From Ferroglobus placidus DSM 10642 (GTDB lineage Archaea; Halobacteriota; Archaeoglobi; Archaeoglobales; Archaeoglobaceae), in contig NC_013849.1 of assembly GCF_000025505.1 (NCBI RefSeq), forward strand, positions 660,001 through 692,000: a DNA stretch of 32,000 nt. The letters are read 5' to 3'. Below the pieces are notes generated by a model that saw only the letters and a program-made list of their open reading frames with translations, made no database searches and was not told the DNA's origin. A program made the position numbers and the translations under genes. Positions 14,114 through 24,278 of this stretch are shown one piece after another (the first letter of the stretch is position 1; each line of letters begins with the position of its first letter).

Positions 14114-15457
14114 TTGGTGGAAACTGTAGATATCTTAATGGGAGATCCGAGAAAATCAATTCCAAAGCTCTCGTTTCCAATAATAATAAGTAACCTCGCC
14201 TTCACACTTTACAATTTTGCCGACGGAATCTGGGTTGCTGGACTGGGTGCTGAAGCTCTTTCAGCTATCGGCATATTTTTTCCCATTTTCATGATTTTCC
14301 TTGCTCTGTCCTTTGGGCTGAGCATAGGTTTATCTTCAGCTATTTCGAGGGGAATAGGAGGAGGGAAAGATGTTAACAACATCGCAAATCACGGAGTGAT
14401 TATTGGGTTGATAATTTCCCTCTTTCTACTCACCACCCACTTTAAGCTTGAGGAAATTTTAAATTTGGTTGGTGCGAGGGAAGCTGTTTTAGCTCTCGCC
14501 TTAAACTATGGGAGAATTATTGTTCTTGCCTCGCCTCTACTCGTATTCAATAGCGTTTTTGTGGGGATTTTAAACGGAGAAGGAAACACGAAAATGACGA
14601 TGTACGCTAACGTGGCTGGAAGTCTGGTAAATATACTTCTTGACCCGGTATTTATTTACATTCTCGGTCTCGGCATTTCTGGAGCTGCTTTTGCAAGCGT
14701 GGCTTCGATGCTCATTTCCCTGCTAATTCTAATCTGCGTGTTTTTAACGAAAAGAAGCTTTGTTAGAATTACCCTGCCAGAAATTAGATTAGACTTTCGG
14801 GTTATTTTTGACATTCTCAGAGTGGGGATTCCCTCTTCGTTCTCCATGCTGACGATGTCAGTTTCAATGGCTATTCTGAACTCTCTGATAGTTAAAACGG
14901 ACATTTACGGAGTAGCAGTCTTTACATCAGCTTGGAGGGTTCTAAGTTTCGGTTTCATACCACTCTTCGGAATAGCTGCGGCAACAACAGCCGTTACCGG
15001 AGCTGCTTACGGAGGGAAAAATGTTGAAAAATTAAAGTCAGCTTTGCTGTATGCTGTAAAACTTGCCTTCACCGTGGAGCTTGGTATAGCTGCTGCTATG
15101 ATACTTCTTTCTGGAAAGATCGCTTACCTCTTCACTTACTCAGAAAAAAGTGAGGTAATTTACGAAGAGCTCGTTGAAACACTTAAGATTATGCCGATAT
15201 TTTTACCCTTTGCAGCCTTCGGTTTTGTCAGCAACTCGACTTTTCAGGGAATGGGAAAAGGAGAAAGAGTATTTGTGATAACTTTTTTGAGAACAGTTGT
15301 ATTACAACTTGGTTTAGCGTTTTTATTTGCCTTCGTTTTAGGTCTTGGATTTTTCGGAATCGTTATTGGAGTTACTCTTGGTAATGTTCTTGCATCTTTC
15401 GTTGCTTTCCTCTGGGTTATCTTTACCGTTAGGTCGTTGGCGCATTCGAAGTTTTAA
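14114..15457 (+). CDS. MATE family multidrug/Na+ efflux transporter
   Basis: 447-aa multi-TM ORF with SFPIIISNLAFTLYNFADGIWVAGLG...IFFPIFMIFLALSFGLSIGLSSAISRGIGGG; TTG start. Confidence 0.88.
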   Translation: MVETVDILMGDPRKSIPKLSFPIIISNLAFTLYNFADGIWVAGLGAEALSAIGIFFPIFMIFLALSFGLSIGLSSAISRGIGGGKDVNNIANHGVIIGLIISLFLLTTHFKLEEILNLVGAREAVLALALNYGRIIVLASPLLVFNSVFVGILNGEGNTKMTMYANVAGSLVNILLDPVFIYILGLGISGAAFASVASMLISLLILICVFLTKRSFVRITLPEIRLDFRVIFDILRVGIPSSFSMLTMSVSMAILNSLIVKTDIYGVAVFTSAWRVLSFGFIPLFGIAAATTAVTGAAYGGKNVEKLKSALLYAVKLAFTVELGIAAAMILLSGKIAYLFTYSEKSEVIYEELVETLKIMPIFLPFAAFGFVSNSTFQGMGKGERVFVITFLRTVVLQLGLAFLFAFVLGLGFFGIVIGVTLGNVLASFVAFLWVIFTVRSLAHSKF

Positions 15458-15482
15458 AATTTTGTTCTGAATATTAAATTTC

Positions 15483-16064
15483 ATGGAAGTGGAGGTTGTT
15501 AGGGAGCTCGAAATGGATAAGTTGAAAGTGAAGCTGGCTGGAGGAGACATAACGAAGTATCCGGCTGAGGCTATTGTTAACGCCGCAAATAAGTATCTGG
15601 AGCACGGAGGGGGAGTGGCTTATGCGATAGCCAAGGCATGTGCCGGAGACGCATCTGAATACACGAGAATAAGCAAGGAGGCGATGAGGGAGCAGATAGG
15701 GAGAGACCATATCGAGCACGGGGAGGTCGTCGTAACTCCGGCTATGAGGCTTGAGGAGAGGGGGATAAAGTATGTTATCCACACCGTCGGTCCGATATGT
15801 AAAGGAGAGTGGAACGAAAATTTAAAGGAAAAGCTCTATAAAGCTTTTAAAGCGCCCCTCGAAAAAGCCGAGGAGATGAAGCTTAAAAGCATCGCTTTTC
15901 CAGCTGTTAGCGCCGGAATTTACGGATGTCCGCTTAAGGAAGTTGTGAAAACGTTTCTCGATGCGGTGAGAGATTTCTCAAAAGAAGCAAAGAGCGTCGA
16001 GGAAGTCACTCTCGTAATCTACGGAAAGGAGGATCTTAAAGTAGCTTTGGAGGTTTTTAAATAA
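15483..16064 (+). CDS. Macro (ADP-ribose-binding / deADP-ribosylation) domain protein
   Basis: 193-aa ORF LAGGDITKYPAEAIVNAANKYLEHGGGVAYAIAKACAG...YVIHTVGPI...SIAFPAVSAGIYGCPL: canonical macrodomain loops. Confidence 0.93.
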   Translation: MEVEVVRELEMDKLKVKLAGGDITKYPAEAIVNAANKYLEHGGGVAYAIAKACAGDASEYTRISKEAMREQIGRDHIEHGEVVVTPAMRLEERGIKYVIHTVGPICKGEWNENLKEKLYKAFKAPLEKAEEMKLKSIAFPAVSAGIYGCPLKEVVKTFLDAVRDFSKEAKSVEEVTLVIYGKEDLKVALEVFK

Positions 16065-16126
16065 TTTTTACATGTGTGCTAATCTAATCTCCCTTTTTGT
16101 CGGGTTGCAGCACTGAAGAATGAATT

Positions 16127-17804
16127 CTTTCAATCCTCTTTTCATCGAGTGCTCCGTGAAATTCCCCATCTGATCTACGGTATAATACTTTCAATCCTCT
16201 TTTCATCGAGAGGAGATTTGTGTTGAGTAGTCTGGTAATGCCGTGCAGTGACTTTCAATCCTCTTTTCATCGAGCGATTGTAGCGGTCCGTCGTGGTCTC
16301 ACTACCGCTGGGACTTTCAATCCTCTTTTCATCGAGACATCGAACCACTTATCAGAGACAGAATTCCGCCAAACGTATCTTTCAATCCTCTTTTCATCGA
16401 GTTGATTGGGGACGCGGGAACTGGGAAGACGACGGAGTTGGTCTTTCAATCCTCTTTTCATCGAGCGGTTTTGCCTTGAACTGTCAATCTCTCGCTGAAT
16501 GCTCCTTTCAATCCTCTTTTCATCGAGGGGAGGGTGGCAAACACCAAGCGAGATTGCAGCACATCATAGAGCTTTCAATCCTCTTTTCATCGAGATTTTT
16601 AAATAAAAGGGGGTAGATGCGTGAGAAGGCTTAGCTTTCAATCCTCTTTTCATCGAGGAACGAGATGCTGAAGCTCGCCGAAGTTTCAGGAAAGTACTTT
16701 CAATCCTCTTTTCATCGAGCCAGAGGAGAAGCGCTCGGACATTACTGCATGAACTGCATCTTTCAATCCTCTTTTCATCGAGATTCCAGCACCGTTGTTG
16801 AAAGAGCTGTTATCGAGGTGATTCTTTCAATCCTCTTTTCATCGAGCAGAGTCGGAGGAAAATTGGTTGATGTTAGATACCTTATCCTTTCAATCCTCTT
16901 TTCATCGAGCCATTGGAGGATTAGAGGAGAAGCAAGATGTAACAATCTTGCTTTCAATCCTCTTTTCATCGAGGGCGAGGATGGGAAGCTAACTCCAACA
17001 ATTTTCAGAGAACCTTTCAATCCTCTTTTCATCGAGGGTCGAAAACTCTGATGTCCGATCCATCTGATTTAACAAGCTTTCAATCCTCTTTTCATCGAGA
17101 AGAGAAGGTTTTACAAACTACGAACGAGAGTTAGAAGGGGCTTTCAATCCTCTTTTCATCGAGCTAAAGCAGGGAGGTTTCCCATAGGGAAACAATCTTG
17201 TAACACTTTCAATCCTCTTTTCATCGAGTTGGATTGGTGGAACATCTCTATTGATTTTATAGCATCTCCTTTCAATCCTCTTTTCATCGAGCATTAGCAA
17301 ATACTGTGTAATCAGCCGTTGTCGTTCCAGCCTTTCAATCCTCTTTTCATCGAGTTCACGCCCGCTCCCACGAAGTCTGGCTTGGTTTTCTCACTTTCAA
17401 TCCTCTTTTCATCGAGCAAAGTAAATGTCTGCTTCTGTTGTTGTAGAGCCTCCATCTTTCAATCCTCTTTTCATCGAGCTCACACAGTTGCGAAATGGGG
17501 CGAGGATTGGCGAGGCGATCTTTCAATCCTCTTTTCATCGAGCCGGAAGTTAAAAAGCTCCAGCCGATAAAGTGCGGAATTTGCGGCTTTCAATCCTCTT
17601 TTCATCGAGAGTGGTACAAAGAATACAAAGAGGCTTTAGAGGAATACACTTTCAATCCTCTTTTCATCGAGATACCACAGAATCAATTGAAAGCCCAGGA
17701 ACAGTGGCAATTGCTTTCAATCCTCTTTTCATCGAGTCAAGGACGAGAAAATAAGCAGAGAACTTAAAAGAAAACTCCTGACTTTCAATCCTCTTTTCAT
17801 CGAG
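16127..17804 (-). CRISPR. CRISPR array, 27 identical 23-nt repeats (CTCGATGAAAAGAGGATTGAAAG on minus strand) and 26 spacers of 38-45 nt
   Basis: Plus-strand unit CTTTCAATCCTCTTTTCATCGAG starts at 16127, 16188, 16252, 16314, 16379, 16443, 16505, 16572, 16635, 16697, 16760, 16824, 16887, 16951, 17014, 17077, 17141, 17206, 17269, 17332, 17394, 17456, 17520, 17587, 17649, 17714, 17782. Flanking bases vary, so the repeat is 23 nt. The ATTGAAAG end (crRNA 5' handle) implies minus-strand transcription. Confidence 0.98.
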
Positions 17805-18060
17805 GGTTATACTCTAACAAAATTTACGTCGAATGGAAGTATATAACGCTTTCTCTTCGCAACGCTTTCTCGAACACGATATACCGAGCGAAACACTTAA
17901 AAACGAAACCCCGGCGTGTTCGAGGAAAAATTTAAATAGTAGAAAGCTTTCAGCCCATTTAACAGTGTTAAAGTTGCGAAATGTTCGAGTAGTCCAGAAA
18001 TTTTGTAAAAAGCTTTAGATACGTTTTCTCAACAATTCATCCAATTTCAAAAAATAACGG
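17805..18060 (-). promoter_or_regulatory. Putative CRISPR leader / promoter region
   Basis: Non-coding sequence on the side predicted to be upstream. Minus-strand TATA-like boxes at about 17840-17848 (TTATATAC), 17896-17903 (TTTTTAAG) and 17929-17938 (ATTTAAATTT); contains internal direct and inverted repeats. Confidence 0.7.
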
Positions 18061-18074
18061 ATAAAAACAAATAC

Positions 18075-19349
18075 TTACTCAACTTCCCTGAACTTTTCGG
18101 AAATTTTTTCGACCTTTCTCTTTATCTTTTCCTCGTCATCTGTGAGAACTTCTCTGTCCTCCATAACGATCGTTCCGTTTACGATCAAATGCTCAACCTC
18201 GTCTCCGGAAGCTGAGTAAACGAGAGCGTTTTCTGGAGAGTAGTGGGGAATCATGCTTACGGCTTTGTAGTTGATGAGAGCGATGTCAGCAAGATGACCT
18301 TCTTCGAGTCTTCCTCCCTTTATCCCGTAAGCTCTGTAGCCGTTTTCCGTAGCCATTTTTAGGATTTCCACAGCTCTCATAGCATCAGCTCTTCCGTATT
18401 TGATTTTCTGGAGGAGCGAAGCTAATTTCATCTCGAAGAACATGTTGTAACTGTTGTTGCTTGCCGCGCCGTCAGTGCCTAAAGCGACGTTAATTCCAGC
18501 TTCGCTCATCTCTTTGACTCTCGCAATTCCAGCCACAAGCTTTAGATTGCTTGTTGGGCAGTGGACAACGCTTACATTCCTTCTCCTCAAAATCTCGATC
18601 TCTTCATCGTCAAGCCAGATAGCGTGAGCGATGACTACATCTTCTCCCAAAAATCCGATGTCTTCAAGCAATCTTACCGGTGTTCTTCCGTACTTCTTTT
18701 TTATCTCTTCCCTCTCCCATTCCGTCTCGGCAACGTGAATGTGTATTCCAACGCCGAGCTCGTTAGCTTTTCCCCTAACCTTCCTCAAAAATTCGGGAGT
18801 GCAAGTGTAGGGAGCATGAGGGCCGAAAACAGCTTTTATTAAATTCTCAGCGTTGTTCCACTCCTTTATAAACTTCTCACCGATTTCAAGCTCCTTTCTT
18901 CCCCTCTCCTCATTCCCTCTATCCGCCATTCCGTAGCAGAGAACGGCTCTCATTCCCAGCTCTATAGCAGCTTCAGCCACTTTGTCCATGTGGATGTACA
19001 AATCGGAAAAGCAAGCTATCCCCCTCTTAAACATCTCAACTATGGCGAGCTTTGTTCCCCAGTAAACGTCGTCTTCGCTCAACTTCCTTTCCGCTTTCCA
19101 GATCTTCTTTTCGAGCCAGTCCTTTAGCTGCATGTCCTCAGCCAATCCTCTCAGCGTGATCATCGCAGCATGGGTGTGAGCGTTGAAAAAAGCCGGAACG
19201 CAGAGGAGATCCGGAGAATTAAATTCCACATCACCTTTAACGTTCTCTTTTCCAACGTAAGCGATCTTCTCCCCTTTTATCCCCACGCTCGCCCTTAAAA
19301 ACTCGCCGTTGATGAAGCATAGAGCGTCGTTTATCGCTATGTCGAACAT
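18075..19349 (-). CDS. Amidohydrolase, S-adenosylhomocysteine / methylthioadenosine / 5'-deoxyadenosine deaminase-like
   Basis: VPAFFNAHTHAAMITLRGLAEDMQLKDWL, HIHVAETEWE, HCPTSNLKLVAGIA, NVALGTDGAASNNS; start MFDIAIND at 19349 overlaps the upstream stop. Confidence 0.9.
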   Translation of the reverse strand: MFDIAINDALCFINGEFLRASVGIKGEKIAYVGKENVKGDVEFNSPDLLCVPAFFNAHTHAAMITLRGLAEDMQLKDWLEKKIWKAERKLSEDDVYWGTKLAIVEMFKRGIACFSDLYIHMDKVAEAAIELGMRAVLCYGMADRGNEERGRKELEIGEKFIKEWNNAENLIKAVFGPHAPYTCTPEFLRKVRGKANELGVGIHIHVAETEWEREEIKKKYGRTPVRLLEDIGFLGEDVVIAHAIWLDDEEIEILRRRNVSVVHCPTSNLKLVAGIARVKEMSEAGINVALGTDGAASNNSYNMFFEMKLASLLQKIKYGRADAMRAVEILKMATENGYRAYGIKGGRLEEGHLADIALINYKAVSMIPHYSPENALVYSASGDEVEHLIVNGTIVMEDREVLTDDEEKIKRKVEKISEKFREVE

Positions 19350-19888
19350 CAGTACCACTCCATGCTCCTCATGCTTATCTCCCTCTTCTTCTTCTCCATG
19401 AATCTCTGCACAGTTGAGTGCTGCGCTCCCTCTATAAGCATGTTTATAGCTTCCCTCGCAGCTGCTACGTTTTCGAAGGGACCTATTATAGATATGTACT
19501 TGTCGTAAACGCTCACGTGAACGTTCAGAGTTTCCTCGATTATTTTTCTGAACTTTCCCTCTTTACCGATCACTCTTCCTTTCACCCTTTCCAGCTCCTT
19601 TTGGGATAAATCACTTAGATCTATGGATTCGAAAACGTAAAAATCGTCTTCGAGAAGTTTCATAGCTATTTCCGGGTTAAATCCTTTCGCTATCGCCTCA
19701 ACGACACTCTTAGCTTTGAGAAAACCTATCGCATCTTCACCTCTTATAATTTTCACGTCGCCGGTTTTGCTGTTTATCTTTATTTTACACCCGGTTTTTT
19801 CTTCGATCCTTTTCTTTATCTCTCCCTCCTTGCCTATGAGAACGCCTACTCTGTCCTCTGGAATTCTTATTTCAACCTCTTGCTGCAT
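19349..19888 (-). CDS. KH-domain rRNA-processing protein (archaeal Pno1/Dim2-like)
   Basis: Two KH motifs (RVGVLIGKEGEIKKRIEEKTG; GRVIGKEGKFRKIIEETLNV); directly follows RIO1 kinase. Start chosen at MQQEVEIRIPEDRVG. Confidence 0.88.
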   Translation of the reverse strand: MQQEVEIRIPEDRVGVLIGKEGEIKKRIEEKTGCKIKINSKTGDVKIIRGEDAIGFLKAKSVVEAIAKGFNPEIAMKLLEDDFYVFESIDLSDLSQKELERVKGRVIGKEGKFRKIIEETLNVHVSVYDKYISIIGPFENVAAAREAINMLIEGAQHSTVQRFMEKKKREISMRSMEWY

Positions 19889-19889
19889 T

Positions 19890-20971
<1,082 letters not shown>

Positions 20972-20972
20972 C

Positions 20973-21947
20973 TCACCACCCCATTTCTTTCAATTTTCTT
21001 CTCGTCTTTTCGAGAATCTTGTTTAAATAAGTTGCTGCAGCATTTTTCAGATCGAGTGGATGCAAATTGCCTTCGACGTAATCTTTAGCGAGTTCCTCGA
21101 AGCTCGAATACTCCACATCTCCTCCGTACTTCGCATCCCTCTCCACGACAACTTTTTCGAACCTCGGAAAGATGTGATACTTCATTATCTCGATAACGGG
21201 ATTCCCCTCTATCTGCTTCGGAGGACAGAAAGCCTTCTTTATCTTTCTGTAAACCTCCTCTTCGCTGTCTCTCACGGAAATATAGTTGCCCTTTGAAGAG
21301 CTCATCTTTTCTCCGTCCAAACCAACGAGAATTGGCGTATGCAAACAAATCGGACTTCTGTATCCAAGCCTCGGCAAATTCTCTCTGGCGAGCATGTGTA
21401 TTTTCCTCTGATCTATTCCGCCAACAGCCAAATCGATTCTCAGATGAGCTATGTCCAAAGCCTGCATTAAAGGATAGATCATCTGCGAAACCATCGGATC
21501 TTCTTTTCTTCTGCTGACCTCATCCATGCTTCTCCTCGCTCTGTTAACTGTCGTGATCCTCGCCATCTTGAGAACGTCGAGAACGTAATCCCTCGAAAGC
21601 TGAAACTCGCTTCCGAGAACGAACTCAGTTTTGCTTTCGTCCAAACCCAAAGCAACGAAAGCCGCTTTATTATATTCGGCTATTTTTCTTATCTCCTCAA
21701 AATCCCCCTTCTCGTTAAGATAAGCGTGAACGTCAGCCAACAAAACCACGACATCAAATCCGGCATCCTGCAAATCGAGGAGCTTGTTTACAGTCATCAT
21801 ATGACCGAGATGTATTTCCCCGCTCGGCTCGTATCCAACGTAAGCTCTCGGCTTATCTTTCGTTTCGAGCAGCTCTTTAAGCTCCTCCTCAGTAACTATT
21901 TCCTCGGCATTTCTCTTCACGAGTTCGATTCTACTCTGAATGTCCAT
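20973..21947 (-). CDS. tyrS: Tyrosyl-tRNA synthetase
   Basis: 324-aa ORF: [63 protein letters not shown]. Confidence 0.95.
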   Translation of the reverse strand: MDIQSRIELVKRNAEEIVTEEELKELLETKDKPRAYVGYEPSGEIHLGHMMTVNKLLDLQDAGFDVVVLLADVHAYLNEKGDFEEIRKIAEYNKAAFVALGLDESKTEFVLGSEFQLSRDYVLDVLKMARITTVNRARRSMDEVSRRKEDPMVSQMIYPLMQALDIAHLRIDLAVGGIDQRKIHMLARENLPRLGYRSPICLHTPILVGLDGEKMSSSKGNYISVRDSEEEVYRKIKKAFCPPKQIEGNPVIEIMKYHIFPRFEKVVVERDAKYGGDVEYSSFEELAKDYVEGNLHPLDLKNAAATYLNKILEKTRRKLKEMGW

Positions 21948-21971
21948 ATGAAAAGAAAAGTTTGGCTGAAT

Positions 21972-22733
21972 TTAAACTTTCTCGAACTCGGCAACGAGCG
22001 GAACGTGATCGCTCGGTTTTTCCGTAGTTCTATACTCCAACAGCACGTAACAGTCTTTAGACTTCTCCGCAAGCTTTTCAGTTGCTAAGATGTGATCGAC
22101 TCTCCACCCCAGCCCTCTTTTAACCGCATCTCTCACCCTATAATCGTAAAACGTGTATATTCTCTCCTTTGGGTGATGCTTTCTGAGGACGTCCACGAAA
22201 CCAAGCTGAACGATTTCCTTAAACGCTTTTTTCACATCCTCATGGAAGCAGACGTGATTTCTGAGCTTGTCGGGACTGTGAACGTCGATGTCCTCGGGAG
22301 CGACATTCATATCTCCGCACAGCAAATAGTATCCCTTGAAATCTACGAATTCCGATAGAAATTCCTTGAGCTTTTTGAAAAACTCCAGCTTGTATCTATA
22401 GTATTCGCTTTCTATGCTCTGCCCCTGAGGAGCGTAGACGTTTATCACCCAAAGCTTTCCGAATCTTGCAGCGATAACTCTATCTTTTTCTCCGTTAATC
22501 CCGGAAAAATACTCGTCAGGCTCGAATTTCGAGGCTATAGCAACTCCGTTTCTCGCTTTCCCTCCAGAAAAAACGACGTGATATCCTTTTAAATGAAAGT
22601 CCGCTTCTGGAAACTTTCTGTCCTCAACCTTCGTTTCTTGCATGCAGAGGATATCTACTTTCTCCATCAGAGGAAAGACTATGTGCAACCTCTTTCTAAT
22701 CGAGTTCACGTTGTACGTGCAAACTTTAAGCAT
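21972..22733 (-). CDS. xthA: Exodeoxyribonuclease III / AP endonuclease
   Basis: CTYNVNSIRKR, ILCMQETKVED, INVYAPQG, LLCGDMNVAPEDIDV, GWRVDHIL, KPSDHVPLVAEF. Confidence 0.93.
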   Translation of the reverse strand: MLKVCTYNVNSIRKRLHIVFPLMEKVDILCMQETKVEDRKFPEADFHLKGYHVVFSGGKARNGVAIASKFEPDEYFSGINGEKDRVIAARFGKLWVINVYAPQGQSIESEYYRYKLEFFKKLKEFLSEFVDFKGYYLLCGDMNVAPEDIDVHSPDKLRNHVCFHEDVKKAFKEIVQLGFVDVLRKHHPKERIYTFYDYRVRDAVKRGLGWRVDHILATEKLAEKSKDCYVLLEYRTTEKPSDHVPLVAEFEKV

Positions 22734-24132
22734 TTACCATCTCCTCCTTAATTTTAGAGTACTCATCAACGCTCATTAAATTCGAAGCTGCCCACATAAC
22801 GACTTCGCTTTGAGCCGGATGTATGTGCATGCTCTCGGCTAAATCAAAAACGCTAAGGTTGTGCTCCATAGCCAGAACGACTTCTTGAATTAAAATCGAC
22901 GCGTTCTTAGCTGCTATGTGGCAGCCGAGAATTTCTCCGTCTCTTTTGACAATCAGCTTAACGAATCCCTCTTCGTTCATCGCAATCCCCTTTCCCGTCT
23001 CCTCAAGCCTGAAAAACCCCACGAAAGCGTTGCCCTTTCCAAACTTTTCTAAAGCTTCTTCCTCCTTCAAGCCCACGCTTGCCACCTCCGGATACGTGAA
23101 AACCGCATGAGGAACGACCCTGTAATCAACTTTCATTTTCTTCCCGAGAATAGCGTTGTATATCACCACCTTAGCTTCGTAATTTGCCACATGCTTGAAC
23201 ATATGCTTACCTATTGCATCTCCCAGAGCATAAACGCCAGCCAAGGAGGTTTCAAGGTATTCGTTAACTTTTATCCACCCTCTTTCAGTCTCTATTCCCC
23301 CTCTCTCTGGCTTTAAAATGTCGGAATTGGGAGCTCTTCCAACTGCTACCAGAATTTCCTCAGCCTCGATTTCCTCGGTCTTACCATCCCTCTCGACTAA
23401 TAGAACTTTTCTATCTCCTCTTTTCTCAACTTTAAAAACTCTACTCCTCGTACGAATTTCAGCAACTTCCCTCATCTTCCTCTCAACGAACTTAGAGACT
23501 TCAAGCTCCTCGTTGGGTAAAATTCTGTCTGCCATCTCCACTATCTTCACGTCACATCCAAGCTGAGCGAAGAAGTTGCCGTACTCCATAGCCACGTAAC
23601 CCCCGCCAATTACTGCCAAGCTTTCCGGCATTTCTTCGAGCTTCAAGAGAGTGTCGCTCGTCAAATAACCAGCCTCTTCCAACCCTTCAATTTTCGGAAT
23701 CAAAGGTTTCGAGCCAGCACCGATGATTATTCTTTTCGAAGAGATCACCTTATCTCCGACTTTCAGCTTGTAAGGCTCGACGAACTCAGCTACCTCTCTG
23801 AAGTAGTCTATGTTTGGCGAGTTTTTCAAGCCCTCTTCGATCATTTTGACGTCCTCGCCAATTATCCTCCTCATTCTCTCCATAATTTTTCTGAAATCGA
23901 TTCCGTCGATTCTTGCGTTTATTCCGAATTCTTTGCTTCTTCTAACTTCTCTCGCCACTTCAGCCGAATAAAGCAGAATTTTTGAGGGTATGCAGCCCCG
24001 AGTTAAGCAGATTCCTCCGGGCTCGTCCTTGTCGATTACAGCGACTTTCGCTTCGGGGTTCAAAGCTAAAAAAGCCTCCACAACGCTCATAGCCGAGCCG
24101 GTGCCGATTGCGATCAAATCGTACTCTTCCAT
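22726..24132 (-). CDS. Dihydrolipoamide dehydrogenase-like pyridine nucleotide-disulfide oxidoreductase
   Basis: 468-aa ORF: GGICLTRGCIPSKILL redox-active pair, FAD/NAD motifs, GVYALGDAIGKHM, C-terminal HIHPAQSEVVMWA. Confidence 0.85.
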   Translation of the reverse strand: MEEYDLIAIGTGSAMSVVEAFLALNPEAKVAVIDKDEPGGICLTRGCIPSKILLYSAEVAREVRRSKEFGINARIDGIDFRKIMERMRRIIGEDVKMIEEGLKNSPNIDYFREVAEFVEPYKLKVGDKVISSKRIIIGAGSKPLIPKIEGLEEAGYLTSDTLLKLEEMPESLAVIGGGYVAMEYGNFFAQLGCDVKIVEMADRILPNEELEVSKFVERKMREVAEIRTRSRVFKVEKRGDRKVLLVERDGKTEEIEAEEILVAVGRAPNSDILKPERGGIETERGWIKVNEYLETSLAGVYALGDAIGKHMFKHVANYEAKVVIYNAILGKKMKVDYRVVPHAVFTYPEVASVGLKEEEALEKFGKGNAFVGFFRLEETGKGIAMNEEGFVKLIVKRDGEILGCHIAAKNASILIQEVVLAMEHNLSVFDLAESMHIHPAQSEVVMWAASNLMSVDEYSKIKEEMVNA

Positions 24133-24155
24133 GAAAATTTATCGTGACAATGTAG

Positions 24156-24278
24156 AAGAATAAAATTTTCCCTAAAAGACTCTACAAACTCAGGGGAATC
24201 GACAAAATTAAGAAGGCATCGGAAAAACTCGAAAAGATCAGGAGAGAGCGGAATGAAGAATTTGGTGTTCGACACTAA
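24156..24278 (+). pseudogene. Truncated VapB-like antitoxin C-terminus
   Basis: Open frame KNKIFPKRLYKLRGIDKIKKASEKLEKIRRERNEEFGVRH*, basic/helical, no N-terminal DNA-binding part; its end overlaps the start of a PIN-domain remnant. Confidence 0.45.

Noticed and set aside
16116-16129. Short inverted repeat AAGAAT-GA-ATTCTT at the distal edge of the array
   Set aside because: Only 6-bp AT-rich arms that partly overlap the first repeat; likely chance.
16220-17767. ORFs inside the CRISPR array on both strands (e.g. 16220..16405+, 16267..16461-, 16665..17051+, 17495..17767+)
   Set aside because: Their translations are just the repeat in different frames (NPLFIE, ILFSS, FQSSFHR, LDEKRIER, SMKRGLK) joined by spacers; the ~63-64-nt period keeps frames open. 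Not genes.
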